Source: Syntrophomonadaceae bacterium (GTDB taxonomy: Bacteria; Bacillota; Syntrophomonadia; Syntrophomonadales; Syntrophothermaceae). From it: DNA of 24,448 nucleotides. The translations under genes were made by a program, and so were the position numbers. Below the pieces are notes generated by a model. It did not search any database. It worked only from the letters and a program-made list of their open reading frames with translations, and had not been told where the DNA came from. Shown here one piece after another: positions 23,036 through 24,448 of this stretch. The stretch lies in assembly GCA_029907055.1 (NCBI GenBank), contig JARYMO010000001.1, forward strand, positions 1 through 24,448, written 5' to 3'. The number at the start of each line of letters is the position of its first letter. The stretch's first letter is position 1.

Positions 23036-24448
23036 CTACTTCCTCCCCGCCCACCGCAGGTAGTCGAGGATGCCGCGGGCGATGGCCGCCGCGGCGGTGG
23101 ACTGGGTCTCAGGCATGGCCAGCAGCTGCTCCTCCAGCGGGTGGGAGAGGAAGAGGGTCTCCACCAGCGCCGAGGGCATGGTGGTCTCGCGCAGCACCGC
23201 GAAGTTGGCGGTACGCACCCCCTTGTCAGTGCGCCCCAGGGCCTGCAGCAGGGCCTCCTGGATGAAACCGGCCAGCTTGCAGCGGTCGAATTCCTGCGCC
23301 GCCAGCAGCGCGTTGTCGGCGGGGGCGTACCAGTACACCGAGGTTCCTTCCTTGCTGCGGTCGGTGGAACCGTTGCAGTGCACGGAGACGAAGACGTCGG
23401 CGGCGATGGCGTTGGCCACCTGGCTGCGCTCGGAGAGCGTCAGGTAGGTGTCGTCGCTGCGGGTGTAGGTGACCTCCACTCCCTCGCCCTCCAGGATGCG
23501 CCCCACCTCCAGGGTGATGGGCAGGTTGATGTCCTTCTCGTACACGCCGCTGGGGCCGATGGCACCGGTGTCCTTGCCCCCGTGCCCGGCGTCCAGCACT
23601 ACCCGCACGCGGCCGGAGGTGCGGGCGCCGATGTCGGTCTTGATGAAGAGCTTGAGCTGTTTGCCGCCGTCGGCCGGCACCAGGCCGTAGACGCAGCGCC
23701 CCTGGGCGTCCAGCGACAGGGTGGTGGAGGGCAGCGCGGCATAGCCGGTGGCCCCTTCCCCGCTGGCCTCGGGCTCCTGCTGGCTGACCTCGATGCGGGT
23801 GGCGCCCAGGCCGTTGAGCGACATCTGTCCCTCGAACCCGCTGCTGCGGATGCCCTTGAGCAGCAGGGTGTAGCCGTCCGGGCGCTCGCTGCCCTGGTAC
23901 TCGGTGGCACCTGACAGCTTGACCGTGATGACCTGCACGTTGCCGGCCACGATCTCCGCGATGTCCAGCAGTCGGCCCTCCACCGGCACCGGGGCGGGCA
24001 GCTGGGCCGGCTCTTGGTCGGGCTGCGGCTCCTCCGCGCGCGGGCTCTCACCCCGCGAGGGCTCGGGCTCCGCGGCGGGGGCGCCGGCGGAAGGGCTGGC
24101 GGCCGGGCCGGGGATGCTGGCCGGGACGTAAGAGACCAGCCAGCCCGCTACCCAGGCGCTGCCGCCGCTGGCGCTGCGCACCTCCAGCCAGTCCCCTTTC
24201 ACTGCCAGCACTGCCAGAGAGGTGCCGGCCGCCACCTGGCCCACGGTGGGGTAGGTGGTGCCGGGACCGGAACGCAGGTTGAGCTGCGAGGACTTGACCA
24301 CTGCCTGCCCGATGGGCGCCCGCGAGGGGGTGACCGGTGCCGCGGGTGCCGCCGCGGGCGCGCTGGTCGATGTCGTCGCCGGCGCAGCGGCCGGGCTGTA
24401 GCTGACCAGCCAGGCGGCGGCCCAGGCGGTGAGGCCACCCGCCGTCTT
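23036..24448 (-). CDS. N-acetylmuramoyl-L-alanine amidase (Amidase_3) with at least two SH3b domains; 5' end runs off the window
   Basis: The frame is open to the window edge (49 codons beyond the track start: KTAGGLTAWAAAWLVSYSP..., the end of another SH3b). LNLRSGPGT...WLEV...AWVAGWLV SH3b. Zn-amidase motifs LDAGHGG, YEKDINL, SVHCN and VETLFLSH. Confidence 0.95.
   Translation of the reverse strand, partial: KTAGGLTAWAAAWLVSYSPAAAPATTSTSAPAAAPAAPVTPSRAPIGQAVVKSSQLNLRSGPGTTYPTVGQVAAGTSLAVLAVKGDWLEVRSASGGSAWVAGWLVSYVPASIPGPAASPSAGAPAAEPEPSRGESPRAEEPQPDQEPAQLPAPVPVEGRLLDIAEIVAGNVQVITVKLSGATEYQGSERPDGYTLLLKGIRSSGFEGQMSLNGLGATRIEVSQQEPEASGEGATGYAALPSTTLSLDAQGRCVYGLVPADGGKQLKLFIKTDIGARTSGRVRVVLDAGHGGKDTGAIGPSGVYEKDINLPITLEVGRILEGEGVEVTYTRSDDTYLTLSERSQVANAIAADVFVSVHCNGSTDRSKEGTSVYWYAPADNALLAAQEFDRCKLAGFIQEALLQALGRTDKGVRTANFAVLRETTMPSALVETLFLSHPLEEQLLAMPETQSTAAAAIARGILDYLRWAGRK

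Noticed and set aside
1-24448. IS elements, integrases, CRISPR arrays, rRNA or tRNA
   Set aside because: No transposase or recombinase motifs, regularly spaced direct repeats or RNA-gene signatures were seen.

Overview
A high-GC cell-envelope biogenesis locus. The domain content (SLH, copper-amine-oxidase-N 'stalk' domains, zf-HC2 anti-sigma) suggests a Bacillota/Clostridia-type genome, which is an inference. Almost all real genes are on the minus strand. In transcription order (right to left) they are: an SH3b/Amidase_3 autolysin (5' end cut off by the window), an S-layer-module/FN3/stalk protein, an O-antigen-ligase-like membrane protein with TPRs, and a KP-43-type subtilase with repeats and three SLH domains. 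Next comes the only plus-strand unit, an ECF sigma factor plus a zinc-binding anti-sigma, divergent from a probable S-layer protein gene. After the S-layer gene come a stalk-domain protein with an unknown domain, a TolC-like protein apparently lacking beta-barrel strands, a lipoprotein paralogue of the S-layer protein, a priming sugar-phosphate transferase, a GT2, a decayed low-GC stretch and two GT4s (the last cut off by the window). The most notable unannotated signal is an ECF-type promoter motif, GGAAC-N16-GTGTC(C/T)AA. It occurs back-to-back in front of both the ECF operon and the S-layer gene, with weaker copies at the same spacing before the ligase-like gene and the glycosyltransferase operon. 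Together this suggests an ECF-controlled S-layer assembly and O-glycosylation system. No IS, CRISPR, tRNA or rRNA was found. All motifs were found by eye and no database searches were run.
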